Positions 39,641 to 48,369 of a stretch of DNA of 64,000 nt are shown here, piece by piece. The notes under the pieces are model-generated. The model did no database searches. It was not told the DNA's origin and worked only from the letters and a program-made list of their open reading frames with translations. The DNA is from Parcubacteria group bacterium. Lineage in GTDB: Bacteria > Patescibacteriota > Minisyncoccia > Moranbacterales > UBA11712. The stretch's first letter is position 1. Every line of letters begins with the position of its first letter. The position numbers and the translations under genes are program-made. The stretch lies in assembly GCA_041659065.1 (NCBI GenBank), contig JBAZYY010000006.1:1551-65550 (forward strand), given 5' to 3'.

Positions 39641-40825
39641 CTAGCTTCCGAGCAGAAGAATAACTGCGGTCTCATTATGGAAGCAGGAGAATGGCCGGAC
39701 GACCTTCCCCCCCAGGGGCGCTTGCTCTCCGTAAGTGTAAAAACCGATCAGAGGAGTGCTGGGCCCAATAACCGATTGGATTGCTTTGATCTCTTCGTCG
39801 GAGTCCGTGCCGAATAATTTGCTGCGTGCGATGCAGTTAAAAATGATAGCAGCCTTGGGTTCCGTACCGTTGAGTTGGGACATAGCCTGAGTAGCTGCCA
39901 ATCGTGCGGCTGCAATAGCTTCGTCCTTACTTCCAATCATAATTCTGACTTCCGAACCCTCGGGTATTTCAGCCGCGAAAGTTATTGCCCCTTTATCGTC
40001 AGCAGTTATAGGGTCGCGTATGAGAAGCTCCGAGCTGCCGTCGACATTCATGCCCAGGGGATAGGTAATAGCAAGGGTGGCAAGTGTTTCCTCTTTAAGC
40101 TCAGCCGCTTTTTCTCCAAAATACTCCTCGTAGAGGCTAATTGCTGGTTTTCCGTCAATTTCTTGGACGACAGCGCCACGTGATTTAGTGACTGTTCTGG
40201 GAATTCCAACTGGAACCCATCCATGCCTGACGCCGATTCCGGTCGAAAAGTTACCGGAGAGCCCGACTCCGGTTATTGATGAAGGTAAGACTTTATCCAA
40301 ATAATAGACGTAAGTTTCCTTAAAAAGAAAATCGTCGCCTGCTGCTCCTCCTACAATCAGAAAATCTTTTCCAAGCACGTCTTGAACGCCTCTTACGATA
40401 TCGGCTCCGTTTCCCCTCAAAACATCAGTCAGCATAATAAATAGGCGAATCGGATCCGTAGCTTTGCCAGTAATGTCTTTGGCGAGTTCAGATCCGGCAA
40501 TACGTGCATTTTCCTCGATTCTCCCTCCTGTTCCGACGGTAAATTTAACTGTATCCGATTTCAAGGCCATAACCGCTACGCCACCTTTTGAAGCGCCATC
40601 GTTGGTTATTTCTCCGGCATCGCTTGCGCCAATGAGAAGCGCGTTACTGCCAGCTTCGCGAATGCCAAGTACGACTTTCTCTTGATTGAGGCTGACCGAA
40701 GAAAACGCTATTATCAAATCCGGGACTTCAACGCCGGCGCTTTTGAGTGCTAGCTTGCATGCTTCGTATCCGGCTTGAAAAGGGTCTTTATTCTTGCTAA
40801 TGCCTACTCCGGCTTGGATAGCCAT
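39641..40825 (-). CDS. FIST (N+C) sensory domain protein
   Basis: FIST_N/FIST_C architecture (FSSVSL...GASDAGEIT...FIMLTD; C-terminal FNCIARSKLFG...GFYTYGE). Start placed at the internal MAIQAGVG. Confidence 0.7.
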   Translation of the reverse strand: MAIQAGVGISKNKDPFQAGYEACKLALKSAGVEVPDLIIAFSSVSLNQEKVVLGIREAGSNALLIGASDAGEITNDGASKGGVAVMALKSDTVKFTVGTGGRIEENARIAGSELAKDITGKATDPIRLFIMLTDVLRGNGADIVRGVQDVLGKDFLIVGGAAGDDFLFKETYVYYLDKVLPSSITGVGLSGNFSTGIGVRHGWVPVGIPRTVTKSRGAVVQEIDGKPAISLYEEYFGEKAAELKEETLATLAITYPLGMNVDGSSELLIRDPITADDKGAITFAAEIPEGSEVRIMIGSKDEAIAAARLAATQAMSQLNGTEPKAAIIFNCIARSKLFGTDSDEEIKAIQSVIGPSTPLIGFYTYGEQAPLGGKVVRPFSCFHNETAVILLLGS

Positions 40826-40859
40826 GATTTTTGTTTGGTTATTTTTAAGCTGGGAAGGT

Positions 40860-41678
40860 CTATTTGCTTGATTTGAGAATTTTCTCAACTTTTTCGACAA
40901 TCTCACCGGGCGTGGAATGTGCTTTTACTATATAATCAGAAGCCCCTTCCTTGATTCCCTTATCAATTTCTTCCTGTTGCCCCAAGTTCGACGTAATGAT
41001 AACGGGAATATTGTTGTATTTCTCGTTTTGTTTTAATTCTTTTAGGAAGGTAAATCCATCTGTTCCAGGAAGAACGACGTCTAGCAGCATTAGGTCAATT
41101 TTACTGCTGCCCAATATTTCTCTGGCTTGCGTGACGTTTGAGGCTTTTAGGATATGATATTCTTCTGGGGAAAATTTTTTCTCCAATAGGCTCACCATAA
41201 ACAAATCGTCTTCAACGATCAGGACGTTCATTATTTTTCTTCCGTGTGATGCGCCTTCTTCTAGGGAGGATGGGCTCGGGGATGTTTCTTCTAATTCCAA
41301 CACTTGGTTGACTTTAGCTAGTACTTCATTTGGATTGAAGTTTACTTTTATGAGGTAATCCCGGATTCCAAGCTTTTGGGCGCGTTCAATTTCTATGGGC
41401 TGGCCTGAATTGGAAATAATTACTACGGGTATTTTTGGCAGCAACTTCAACTCAACCATTTTTTCCAGCACTGAGAATCCGTTGAGCTTGGGAAGCATCA
41501 TATCCAAGAGAACTAAGTCAGGTTCAGTTTCTTGGATTAGGGCAAGCCCAGCTTCGCCGTCAGTCGCGGTTTTCACGAGATAGCCGGCTTTTTCGAGCTT
41601 TTGGGTGAGCAAATTTAAAACGATCATTTCGTCTTCAATCAGGACAATGAGTTTTTTGTTGATTTCGCTATCAGGCAT
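40860..41678 (-). CDS. response regulator with two tandem receiver (REC) domains, no output domain
   Basis: Two CheY-like modules, each with a phospho-acceptor Asp (LVLLDMMLPKLNG and LMLLDVVLPGTDG) and a conserved Lys. Confidence 0.8.
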   Translation of the reverse strand: MPDSEINKKLIVLIEDEMIVLNLLTQKLEKAGYLVKTATDGEAGLALIQETEPDLVLLDMMLPKLNGFSVLEKMVELKLLPKIPVVIISNSGQPIEIERAQKLGIRDYLIKVNFNPNEVLAKVNQVLELEETSPSPSSLEEGASHGRKIMNVLIVEDDLFMVSLLEKKFSPEEYHILKASNVTQAREILGSSKIDLMLLDVVLPGTDGFTFLKELKQNEKYNNIPVIITSNLGQQEEIDKGIKEGASDYIVKAHSTPGEIVEKVEKILKSSK

Positions 41679-41779
41679 TTTTTTGTTTTTAAGGTTATTA
41701 TGTTTCTCCTTACCATTTTACGATTTTATCACCCCAGGGTCAAATCAAAATACGGCTTCTTAAGCCGTATTTTGACGAG

Positions 41780-41853
41780 TGGGCGAGTAAAGGGAATCGA
41801 ACCCTTATTCTTGGGACCACAACCCAATGTCCTACCATTGAACGATACCCGCC
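41780..41853 (-). tRNA. tRNA-His (anticodon GTG) with genomically encoded G(-1)
   Basis: The reverse complement gives G|GCGGGTA...TACTCGC|C. The anticodon loop TTGTGGT gives GTG. The extra 5-prime G pairs with discriminator C73, as expected for bacterial tRNA-His. Confidence 0.7.
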
Positions 41854-41997
41854 ATAAAGATAAATCAAAACTCAAAAATCAAAGTTCAAAATTTTGGAGT
41901 CCCGCCAAAGCGGGATAATTTTTCACTTTCCACTTTTCACTCTGAACTTGCTTCGTGCACCCGCCAGGGCTTTTACTCCGCACCAATTCTGGTTTTG

Positions 41998-42070
41998 TGC
42001 GCTGTGCAGGGATCGAACCTGCGACCGTTGGCTTAAGAGGCCACTGCTCTACCGGCTGAGCTAACAGCGC
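41998..42070 (-). tRNA. tRNA-Lys (anticodon CTT)
   Basis: The reverse complement is GCGCTGTTAGCTCAGCCGGTAGAGCAGTGGCCTCTTAAGCCAACGGTCGCAGGTTCGATCCCTGCACAGCGCA, a full cloverleaf. The anticodon loop CTCTTAA gives CTT. Confidence 0.75.
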
Positions 42071-42107
42071 GTATTATTTAAACGTCTATTGGTTGGTCAA
42101 GCTGAAT

Positions 42108-42175
42108 TGGTGCGGGGCGGGCCTGCGACCGTTTGCTTAAGAGGCAACTGCTCTACCAATTGAGCTATGGGTGCG
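42108..42175 (-). pseudogene. truncated tRNA-Lys(CTT)-like copy lacking T-arm and 3-prime acceptor strand
   Basis: The reverse complement is GCACCCATAGCTCAATTGGTAGAGCAGTTGCCTCTTAAGCAAACGGTCGCAGG and then diverges (CCCGCCCCGCACC). The D-arm, the anticodon arm (CTT) and the T-stem 5-prime half match the adjacent tRNA-Lys. There is no TTCGA loop and no strand complementary to GCACCCA. Confidence 0.45.
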
Positions 42176-42195
42176 TCATTACTTTGCTTTGCAGG

Positions 42196-42267
42196 TGTCC
42201 CCGCGAGGAATCGGACCTCGATCTAGAGCTTAGAAGGCTCCCGTTCTATCCGTTGAACTACAGGGAC
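42196..42267 (-). tRNA. tRNA-Arg (anticodon TCT), atypical T-loop
   Basis: The reverse complement GTCCCTGTAGTTCAACGGATAGAACGGGAGCCTTCTAAGCTCTAGATCGAGGTCCGATTCCTCGCGGGGACA folds as a cloverleaf. The anticodon loop CTTCTAA gives TCT. The T-loop reads TCCGATT rather than TTCGAAT. Confidence 0.6.
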
Positions 42268-42343
42268 AGTATGTATAAATCAGGCATACCATAAAAATAA
42301 CACTTGCTGATTATAAGTGATTATTGAGCTCAAGTCAACGAGT

Positions 42344-43645
42344 CTATAATCCATTTGCCTTTTTATACTCCTTCCACTCCTTGTTTGACCAATCCGTGGG
42401 CTTTTCGGTTATTTTTTCCTGCCCGGGATGCGGATATTTGCTGGGCGAGTCATAATTACTTTTAAATTCCGATTTCCTAACCAAATTTCCATCTTTGTCA
42501 TAGACTTCTTGGGTGACGACAGTTTTCATTGCGCCATCTGCCCCGCGCGATGTTACAAACGGGCCAACCAGCTTAGCTTGGCGCCCGTCACTGGTTCCAT
42601 AAAAATCAAAAAGCAGCTGGGTTCCCTCTATTCGCGTTTGGACAAGAATATATGCCGGTGTATCATTAACGAACTTTAAATCCGGCTTTGGAATGTAAAC
42701 TGTGGCATCAAGCCCCTGCGGAGCGTAGTACTGAACCGGATAGGCGTGGTTGGTCCTGGCTGTAATTTTAAGTCCTGAGTTGAGAGCGGCGCGAAACATT
42801 GTAGTCGAAACCTGACACATTCCTCCGCCGTATTCGGGAATTGTCTTATCAACTTTGATAACGAGCTCCGGAAGATAGCCGGTCGTTTCATCAACCGGCC
42901 CCAGAGTATTTATGAAAGAAAATTCTTCACCAGGTTTGATTAGGACTCCGTTAAATTTTGCTGCTCCGACGGTTATGTTGTGGATTCGGTTTTTAGGCGA
43001 GCCCCGAAAATTAGAAACACCTTCTCCGATAAGTTCCCTGATCCCATATTTCTCAATATCTTTTAAGGTTATATCGGGCTGCAGAGATACGCTTGGCAGT
43101 TCGATATTTTTCGCGGACGGGTTTTCCTGAAGTGTTTTGGCGATTAAAGCCACGCTATCGTCAACTGATAATTCATAACCTTCTTTACTGATGCCGAAAG
43201 CGGAAACTTTTCCATCCGCAAAAGATAATTTGGCGTTATCCGGGCTGACCCGAGTATCTCCTTTTTCTTTTTCAAGGAAATTTTTTAAAGCGGTTTCATC
43301 CAGCACCAGGCTTGTGGAAATTCTAGTATGAAAATCATCCTGTTTGCGCCCAAGAAACCTAAAATATATTCCAGTTGAGGCATTATCCGCCGGATTGAAG
43401 TTTATATTTTCTACTTCCGAATTGTATTTTGGGCTGATTTCAAGAGAAGGTCTTATTTTTATCCAGGACTGTAGCATTGATTTATCCACTGTTATTTTTT
43501 GTTCTTTCAGATGAAGAAGAATCGGCGATCCGAATAATTTTTGCACATCGGCCACGGAGAAATTTCCCAAGGAGGTCTCCTGGGCCTGGCACAAAACTGG
43601 AGCGAACAAAACTATAGCGAAAATAAAAAGGTATTTCTTTGTCAT
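42344..43645 (-). CDS. VanW family protein (secreted)
   Basis: N-terminal signal peptide. Conserved VanW core YGGGMCQVSTTMFRAALNSGL. Confidence 0.75.
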   Translation of the reverse strand: MTKKYLFIFAIVLFAPVLCQAQETSLGNFSVADVQKLFGSPILLHLKEQKITVDKSMLQSWIKIRPSLEISPKYNSEVENINFNPADNASTGIYFRFLGRKQDDFHTRISTSLVLDETALKNFLEKEKGDTRVSPDNAKLSFADGKVSAFGISKEGYELSVDDSVALIAKTLQENPSAKNIELPSVSLQPDITLKDIEKYGIRELIGEGVSNFRGSPKNRIHNITVGAAKFNGVLIKPGEEFSFINTLGPVDETTGYLPELVIKVDKTIPEYGGGMCQVSTTMFRAALNSGLKITARTNHAYPVQYYAPQGLDATVYIPKPDLKFVNDTPAYILVQTRIEGTQLLFDFYGTSDGRQAKLVGPFVTSRGADGAMKTVVTQEVYDKDGNLVRKSEFKSNYDSPSKYPHPGQEKITEKPTDWSNKEWKEYKKANGL

Positions 43646-43734
43646 TTATCTTAGAATAATTGAAAAATTGGTATTTTACAAGTTATTACACATGAAAATT
43701 GCAATTGGTCCAGGGACTGGCTTGGGGGCGTAAA

Positions 43735-43775
43735 AAAATAACGGGTTTAAAAGCCCGTTATTTTCAATTTCAATA
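43735..43775. terminator. bidirectional stem-loop terminator between hsp20 and vanW-like genes
   Basis: aataacgggtttaaaagcccgttatt hairpin flanked by A and T runs. Confidence 0.55.
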
Positions 43776-43797
43776 AGTAATATGCCGTGAAAATTCC

Positions 43798-44346
43798 CTA
43801 AAATCCTCTAACTTGAATGCGCTTGGTTTTGGTCGTGTCAGCTTTCGGAAGGCGGATGGTCAGAATTCCATTTTTCATTGAAGCTTCAGCTTTGTCGGCG
43901 ATTACCTCAACCGGAAGTATTACTGATCGTGAGAAGGTTCCCCAATAGCACTCCTGGTAGTAATAATTCTCTGTTTCAACTTTCTCGTCATTTTTTCTGT
44001 CGCCCCGAATAGTCACCATGTCATTGTTGATTGAAACATCCAAGTCTTCCGGTTTCACCCCGGCTATCGTGGACTTTATAACTATATCGTTGTCAGTTTG
44101 ATAAACATCAATGGTCAGTTGACCCTCCGGATCAGAAGACCATCCCTCGTCCTCGGCTGGAGCTTCCTGTGTGTTTGGCTCAACCGTGTAATCCTCATTT
44201 TGCATCGGAGCCTGCGGCTGAATTGTATGGCTCGCGGCAGGAGGGTTCACGGGAGGATAATCATAATAATTTGGCATAGGCCTTTCTTCATCTGACACTT
44301 TTTTGGTGCCAGTCAATCTTTCAAAAAATGATTTTTTTTCTTTCAT
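43798..44346 (-). CDS. Hsp20 / alpha-crystallin family small heat-shock protein
   Basis: Alpha-crystallin domain with ...GILTIRLPK near the C-terminus. Start placed at the internal MKEKKSFFERL rather than the longer track ORF. Confidence 0.8.
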   Translation of the reverse strand: MKEKKSFFERLTGTKKVSDEERPMPNYYDYPPVNPPAASHTIQPQAPMQNEDYTVEPNTQEAPAEDEGWSSDPEGQLTIDVYQTDNDIVIKSTIAGVKPEDLDVSINNDMVTIRGDRKNDEKVETENYYYQECYWGTFSRSVILPVEVIADKAEASMKNGILTIRLPKADTTKTKRIQVRGF

Positions 44347-44535
44347 ATTTTTTGGGAAAATTAATATATTTATATTTCCGTAGCTCACGGTGAAGGCTCT
44401 AGTACAATCACAGTATATAATTGATCTTCTATTTAATCAAGTCCGCTTTCTTAAGATAATGCGGGTAAATATCATAGGCAATAAATATAAATTTTACACA
44501 AAAGCAAATTTATTTTCTTATAATTTTATCCCAAA

Positions 44536-45147
44536 TTATTGCCGGAATGCCTTGAAATTAGCGGCCAAGATGATTAAATCGACAGCAAAAACAATTCCAA
44601 AGATTACTTCCACTAGGATGTTTGTGAAATTTCCTTGTTGGATGATTAGAAAATTAAATAACAAGTGGATGAAGATTGTGAGCAGGATGACCCTGATTGA
44701 AAAAAGATATCTCGAAAAAATCGCAGTGGAAATGATTACTCCCATCGTAAAAGCAGTCAGGGCGTGCAGCAGCATAACAAACACTGCCGACAGGAAATCA
44801 TCAGATTTGAAATTTAAAATGCCAGTTGCGTATTGGGGCTGGGAGTACGCAATCAGGATTACCTCCGTGATACCCCAAAATAACCCAAGCAGAAGCGAGG
44901 CCAGCACGAGGCGCAATCCTCTGAGAAAAAATTTGCCTTTTAATATGAAGTAGATAGCCGAGTATTTGAGTATTTCTTCTATCGCCGCTGAAGCAATGAG
45001 GAAAAGGGATAAATTATTATAGAAATTGAAAACCAACTCTTTCTGCCAGAGAATGCCAACGAAAACCGCGAGCGCCTGCTCAATAATCGCCCCAAGAAGG
45101 GCGGTAATGATTCCAAGGAAGGGGATTGTGAAAAAAATGTAAATCAT
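44536..45147 (-). CDS. PrsW-like intramembrane metalloprotease family membrane protein
   Basis: Polytopic membrane protein with EEILK (EExxK), FVMLLH (FxxxH-like) and HLLFN (HxxxN) motifs, as in PF13367. Its stop overlaps the tsaD start. The antisense ORF 44390..44953 is rejected. Confidence 0.45.
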   Translation of the reverse strand: MIYIFFTIPFLGIITALLGAIIEQALAVFVGILWQKELVFNFYNNLSLFLIASAAIEEILKYSAIYFILKGKFFLRGLRLVLASLLLGLFWGITEVILIAYSQPQYATGILNFKSDDFLSAVFVMLLHALTAFTMGVIISTAIFSRYLFSIRVILLTIFIHLLFNFLIIQQGNFTNILVEVIFGIVFAVDLIILAANFKAFRQ

Positions 45148-46268
45148 TAGGATTTCAGACTTAAGCGAGCATCCGCCTCCAGGTTTTTCCAGTTGCTCGC
45201 GAATCTCTTTTTATTTTTCGATAACTCAAAGCGATAGTATCCGGCAACAGCGATCATCGCCGCGTTGTCCAGCGAGTATCCGGTATCCGGCAGAAAATAA
45301 TCCGTTGCGGGCAAGTCTTTTTTTAGGGCTTTTCCAAGTTGCCTGCGCAGTTCCCGGTTTGCTGAAACCCCGCCGCCCAGCAGAATTGCACTAGGCTTGT
45401 ATTTTTTTGCCGCGTCCAGTGTCTTGTGGACTAAGACATCAATTACGGCTTGCTGAAATTCATAGCACAGCGCCGATTTCAATTTTTCGTTTTGCAATAT
45501 TTTCGAATTATCACGAATCGTATAGAGAACAGCCGTCTTAAGCCCGGAAAAGGAAAAATCGTAATTTTTAGAATTTAGCATGGGGCGAGGCAACTGGTAT
45601 TTAGTATTTAGTATTTGGTATTTAGTATTTTTTGAATTTTTAATTTGGGATTTATTTGGAAATTGGAAATTGGAAATTGGAAATTTATCCGCGTAAGCGG
45701 AGACGGCTGGTCCTCCAGGATAGCCTAAGCCTAAAATCTTGGCGACTTTGTCGAAAGCTTCTCCAGCGGCATCATCCATGGTTTGGCCAAGCACTTTATA
45801 TTTCAAGTGGCCCTTCATTAGGATTAATTCCGTGTGTCCACCCGACACTACAAGTGCCAAAATCGGAAATTTAATTTCCGAACTTCTGACTTCGCGAACG
45901 AAATTCGCATAGATGTGTCCTTCAATATGATTGACGCCTACTAGTGGTTTTTTACTGGCGTAGGCTAAAGATTTCGCGGCGTTAGTGCCAATCAAAAGCG
46001 CGGGTATTAGACCTGGCCCTTGCGTTACCGCAATCAAGTCTATTCCTGACAAGCCTTGGCTAAACTGGGAAAAGGCTTTTTTAAGCAGCAGGGGAAGGTT
46101 TTTCAAATGTTCTCTGGCGGCTAGATCGGGAACTACGCCTCCGAAAGGGGCATGCACTCCAATTTGAGAAGAGACGAAGCTCTCAATTACCGAAAATTTT
46201 CCGCGCACTGCCTTGACAATAGCCACAGCAGTATCATCGCAGGATGTTTCAATGGCGAGAATGTTCAT
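45147..46268 (-). CDS. tsaD: tRNA N6-adenosine threonylcarbamoyltransferase TsaD (Kae1/YgjD family)
   Basis: N-terminal ILAIETSCDDTAVAIV, metal-binding HIEGH, GYPGGPAV, FSFSGLKTAV, LGGGVSANRELR. Start placed at the internal MNILAIE. A ~25-30 aa low-complexity insertion lies between GGPAV and LPRPM. Confidence 0.85.
   Translation of the reverse strand: MNILAIETSCDDTAVAIVKAVRGKFSVIESFVSSQIGVHAPFGGVVPDLAAREHLKNLPLLLKKAFSQFSQGLSGIDLIAVTQGPGLIPALLIGTNAAKSLAYASKKPLVGVNHIEGHIYANFVREVRSSEIKFPILALVVSGGHTELILMKGHLKYKVLGQTMDDAAGEAFDKVAKILGLGYPGGPAVSAYADKFPISNFQFPNKSQIKNSKNTKYQILNTKYQLPRPMLNSKNYDFSFSGLKTAVLYTIRDNSKILQNEKLKSALCYEFQQAVIDVLVHKTLDAAKKYKPSAILLGGGVSANRELRRQLGKALKKDLPATDYFLPDTGYSLDNAAMIAVAGYYRFELSKNKKRFASNWKNLEADARLSLKS
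45600..45690. repeat. two tandem heptamer repeat blocks inside the tsaD coding sequence
   Basis: (gtattta)x5 with one or two variants, then, after about 25 nt, (ggaaatt)x4. On the coding strand these read ...KFPISNFQFPNKSQIKNSKNTKYQILNTKYQ... Confidence 0.8.
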
Positions 46269-46360
46269 GATTATTATGTTATACGCTGCTCCGTTTTTTG
46301 GGAAGAGCCAAGCTTCGCATCGCAATCATTTTCTGTTTTCAGCTTCAGACCGTCCAATTT

Positions 46361-47131
46361 TTATGAGTTTGTCTTCTCCCAAAGGAGTTCAAACACGGTT
46401 TTGAGAAGAAGATATATATTTTTATCTTCCACTAGAATCGAAACAAGATTGTCGTCGTCGATAATCTGATAGGATATTTTGTTGTCGTATATTTGAACTG
46501 AAGCTTTGAATATCTCGGATTTCTTTCCGGCGTATTTGATCTCAGTGATCCGGCGGTAGGATTCATCGTCGTCTGGAGGAGTTTCGTCTGGAAGCTTTTC
46601 ACCTATCCGCAATATTTTTTTCTTGATTCCGGCGCGAACGCGGCGGCGCTTGTATTCCTCGTTGATCTCCATGAATTTTTCCTGATCTGCGAGCGCTTCG
46701 CGATTGATGATCATATACACCTCCGTTTTGCTTGTGAGGGTGTCATAGAGGACTTTTTTGAAGCCTTCTTCTCCTTCATAGAATTTCACTCCCGGGCGGT
46801 TGACGGTGAGATTGAAGGCGGAAGTCAGATTGGGCAAAATTTCTTCCAACGTTCCTTTGCTTTGCCGCAGCGTATTTTCCCTTTTCTCAAGCACTTTTTC
46901 GAGTTTTCGGGGGTGAAGAGGCCGAAAACGGGCGATTTCACGCTGTTTTTCCACTTTTTCCACCAGTTCCAAGGCTAAAAGCTCGTCCAAGGCTTTATAT
47001 ATAGCTCCCCGGGGCTGTTTCACGGCCCGAGCGATGCCGGAAGCCTTGTTTTCGCCGTTTTCCAGGAGAAAATCGAAGGTGTTGGCTTGGGTCTTGGTGA
47101 GGCCGATTGAGAGTAGTTGTTTTTGATACAT
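46361..47131 (-). CDS. TrmB-family transcriptional regulator
   Basis: Start placed at the internal MYQKQLLSIGLTKTQANTFDFLLENG (wHTH), followed by a VKFYEGEEGF TrmB-like C-domain. The track ORF extends 56 codons further upstream through a hydrophobic low-complexity stretch, which is unlikely to be translated. Confidence 0.65.
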   Translation of the reverse strand: MYQKQLLSIGLTKTQANTFDFLLENGENKASGIARAVKQPRGAIYKALDELLALELVEKVEKQREIARFRPLHPRKLEKVLEKRENTLRQSKGTLEEILPNLTSAFNLTVNRPGVKFYEGEEGFKKVLYDTLTSKTEVYMIINREALADQEKFMEINEEYKRRRVRAGIKKKILRIGEKLPDETPPDDDESYRRITEIKYAGKKSEIFKASVQIYDNKISYQIIDDDNLVSILVEDKNIYLLLKTVFELLWEKTNS

Positions 47132-47552
47132 AGTGCAAAGCTTAGGGGATTTAAAATTATCTTCCTCAATTCTAGCATTTCTTGAGGAAAGTGTCAATAT
47201 ATAAAATGACATTATAATATGCATTATAAGTACAAATAATGCATATAGTATAGTAAATAAGCAACAAAAACAAAAAAAAGACCAAATAGGTATTGACAAT
47301 CATACCAGATAATGTTATATTTTTTCGTCAAGCTGGAATAACAGCCAAAAATAGCTTGGCCGCCGAAAGCATAGATAGAGATATAATCAGCTTCTTGAAA
47401 ACCGAATATCGCAGCTGGTGAGTCCGCTGATTTGAAAATATCCAAATGTTTTCATACCCGCGGCCTTGCCGTAAAAATAATTCCGCTGAAACCTAGTAAG
47501 CGGGAAAAATTCAGGGGCACCGGTCTCTAAAAGGCTTCATAAAGGAGAACAG

Positions 47553-48305
47553 ATGAAAACTTTTTGTGGAAAAACAGTTCCTAAGCGTGAGCATATGGGT
47601 TTGTATAGCACTGAAATTTATGAGGCTTGCAGGCCCTGGAGTCCTGAAGCTTTGGAAAAGTGGATGAACCCGCCCTCTAACCTCAACTTGGATACGGTTA
47701 AAGTTCATTTTAAGGGTCTTCATGGCCTTCCGGAATGTTTTAGTATCAATGCTGTTGATGCCATCAGTAAGCGAGGATGGCTTGACTTCCACTTCAACAC
47801 CCAAAGAGAATGCCGTCGGTTTTGGTTGAAGCCAGAAAACCAGGAAGCCTGGGAGCGTAAGTTTAAGTTAGGCGAAGGACTCAAAGAGCCTGGCAACTAC
47901 ACTTACCGGCAAAACAATATCGGCATGGAGGAGATGTATTGGAACTGTGGTTGCCATGTCGAGTGGCCCCAGGGCTTCAGCCATCGGATGACCATATATT
48001 TTTGCTCCCATCACTGGGGGCAGAAAAAACTGCCCGGCGTGAATTACCGCCAAGAAGGCGACAAGACCCCGGCAATTAAGGGGACATCGTTGAACTCTAA
48101 GAGAGTTGATGTCGTCTGGGGATGGTGCTTCCCGGGCTATTTCTATAGTAGGATCCCGATCGGGGTACTCACGGACAAAAAATTCAAGCCGCTTGAGTAT
48201 GATTATTTTCAAGATGCTCAAAAGGCGCACCCCTGCTCGGTTCCGGCCCTCGAAATCATGGGCTGGGAGGAAAGAAATTTTCAAGGCATCTCTTCTGTAT
48301 CCTAA
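47553..48305 (+). CDS. hypothetical Cys/His/Trp-rich protein (250 aa), candidate metal-binding, no recognisable family
   Basis: aaaggaga SD. 9 Cys and ~13 Trp, including WNCGCHVEWPQGFSH and FCSHHWGQ clusters. GC content visibly higher than neighbouring genes. Confidence 0.5.
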   Translation: MKTFCGKTVPKREHMGLYSTEIYEACRPWSPEALEKWMNPPSNLNLDTVKVHFKGLHGLPECFSINAVDAISKRGWLDFHFNTQRECRRFWLKPENQEAWERKFKLGEGLKEPGNYTYRQNNIGMEEMYWNCGCHVEWPQGFSHRMTIYFCSHHWGQKKLPGVNYRQEGDKTPAIKGTSLNSKRVDVVWGWCFPGYFYSRIPIGVLTDKKFKPLEYDYFQDAQKAHPCSVPALEIMGWEERNFQGISSVS

Positions 48306-48369
48306 AAACGTTCAGTAAGTATCGGGGAAAAACTCTGCCAAATCACTTCCAGAATAAAAGGATTAAAAT

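Noticed and set aside
41854-41997. Possible additional tRNA in the spacer between tRNA-His and tRNA-Lys
   Set aside because: It contains hairpins (cccgc-caaa-gcggg and gtgcacccgccagggc), but no acceptor/T-arm combination could be folded by eye. Treated as a processed spacer with terminator-like stems.
44390-44953. 187-aa + strand ORF overlapping the PrsW-like gene
   Set aside because: The opposite-strand ORF encodes a coherent polytopic membrane protein with protease motifs and abuts tsaD. The + strand translation is basic and low-complexity with no start signal.
45600-45690. Possible CRISPR-like or phase-variation repeat
   Set aside because: The units are 7 nt, contiguous and inside a conserved essential gene. 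There are no spacers and no cas genes anywhere in the window.
47868-48284. 138-aa - strand ORF antisense to the Cys/Trp-rich gene
   Set aside because: No RBS or promoter, and it is embedded in a + strand ORF that has a good SD. Presumed antisense artefact of the GC-richer segment.
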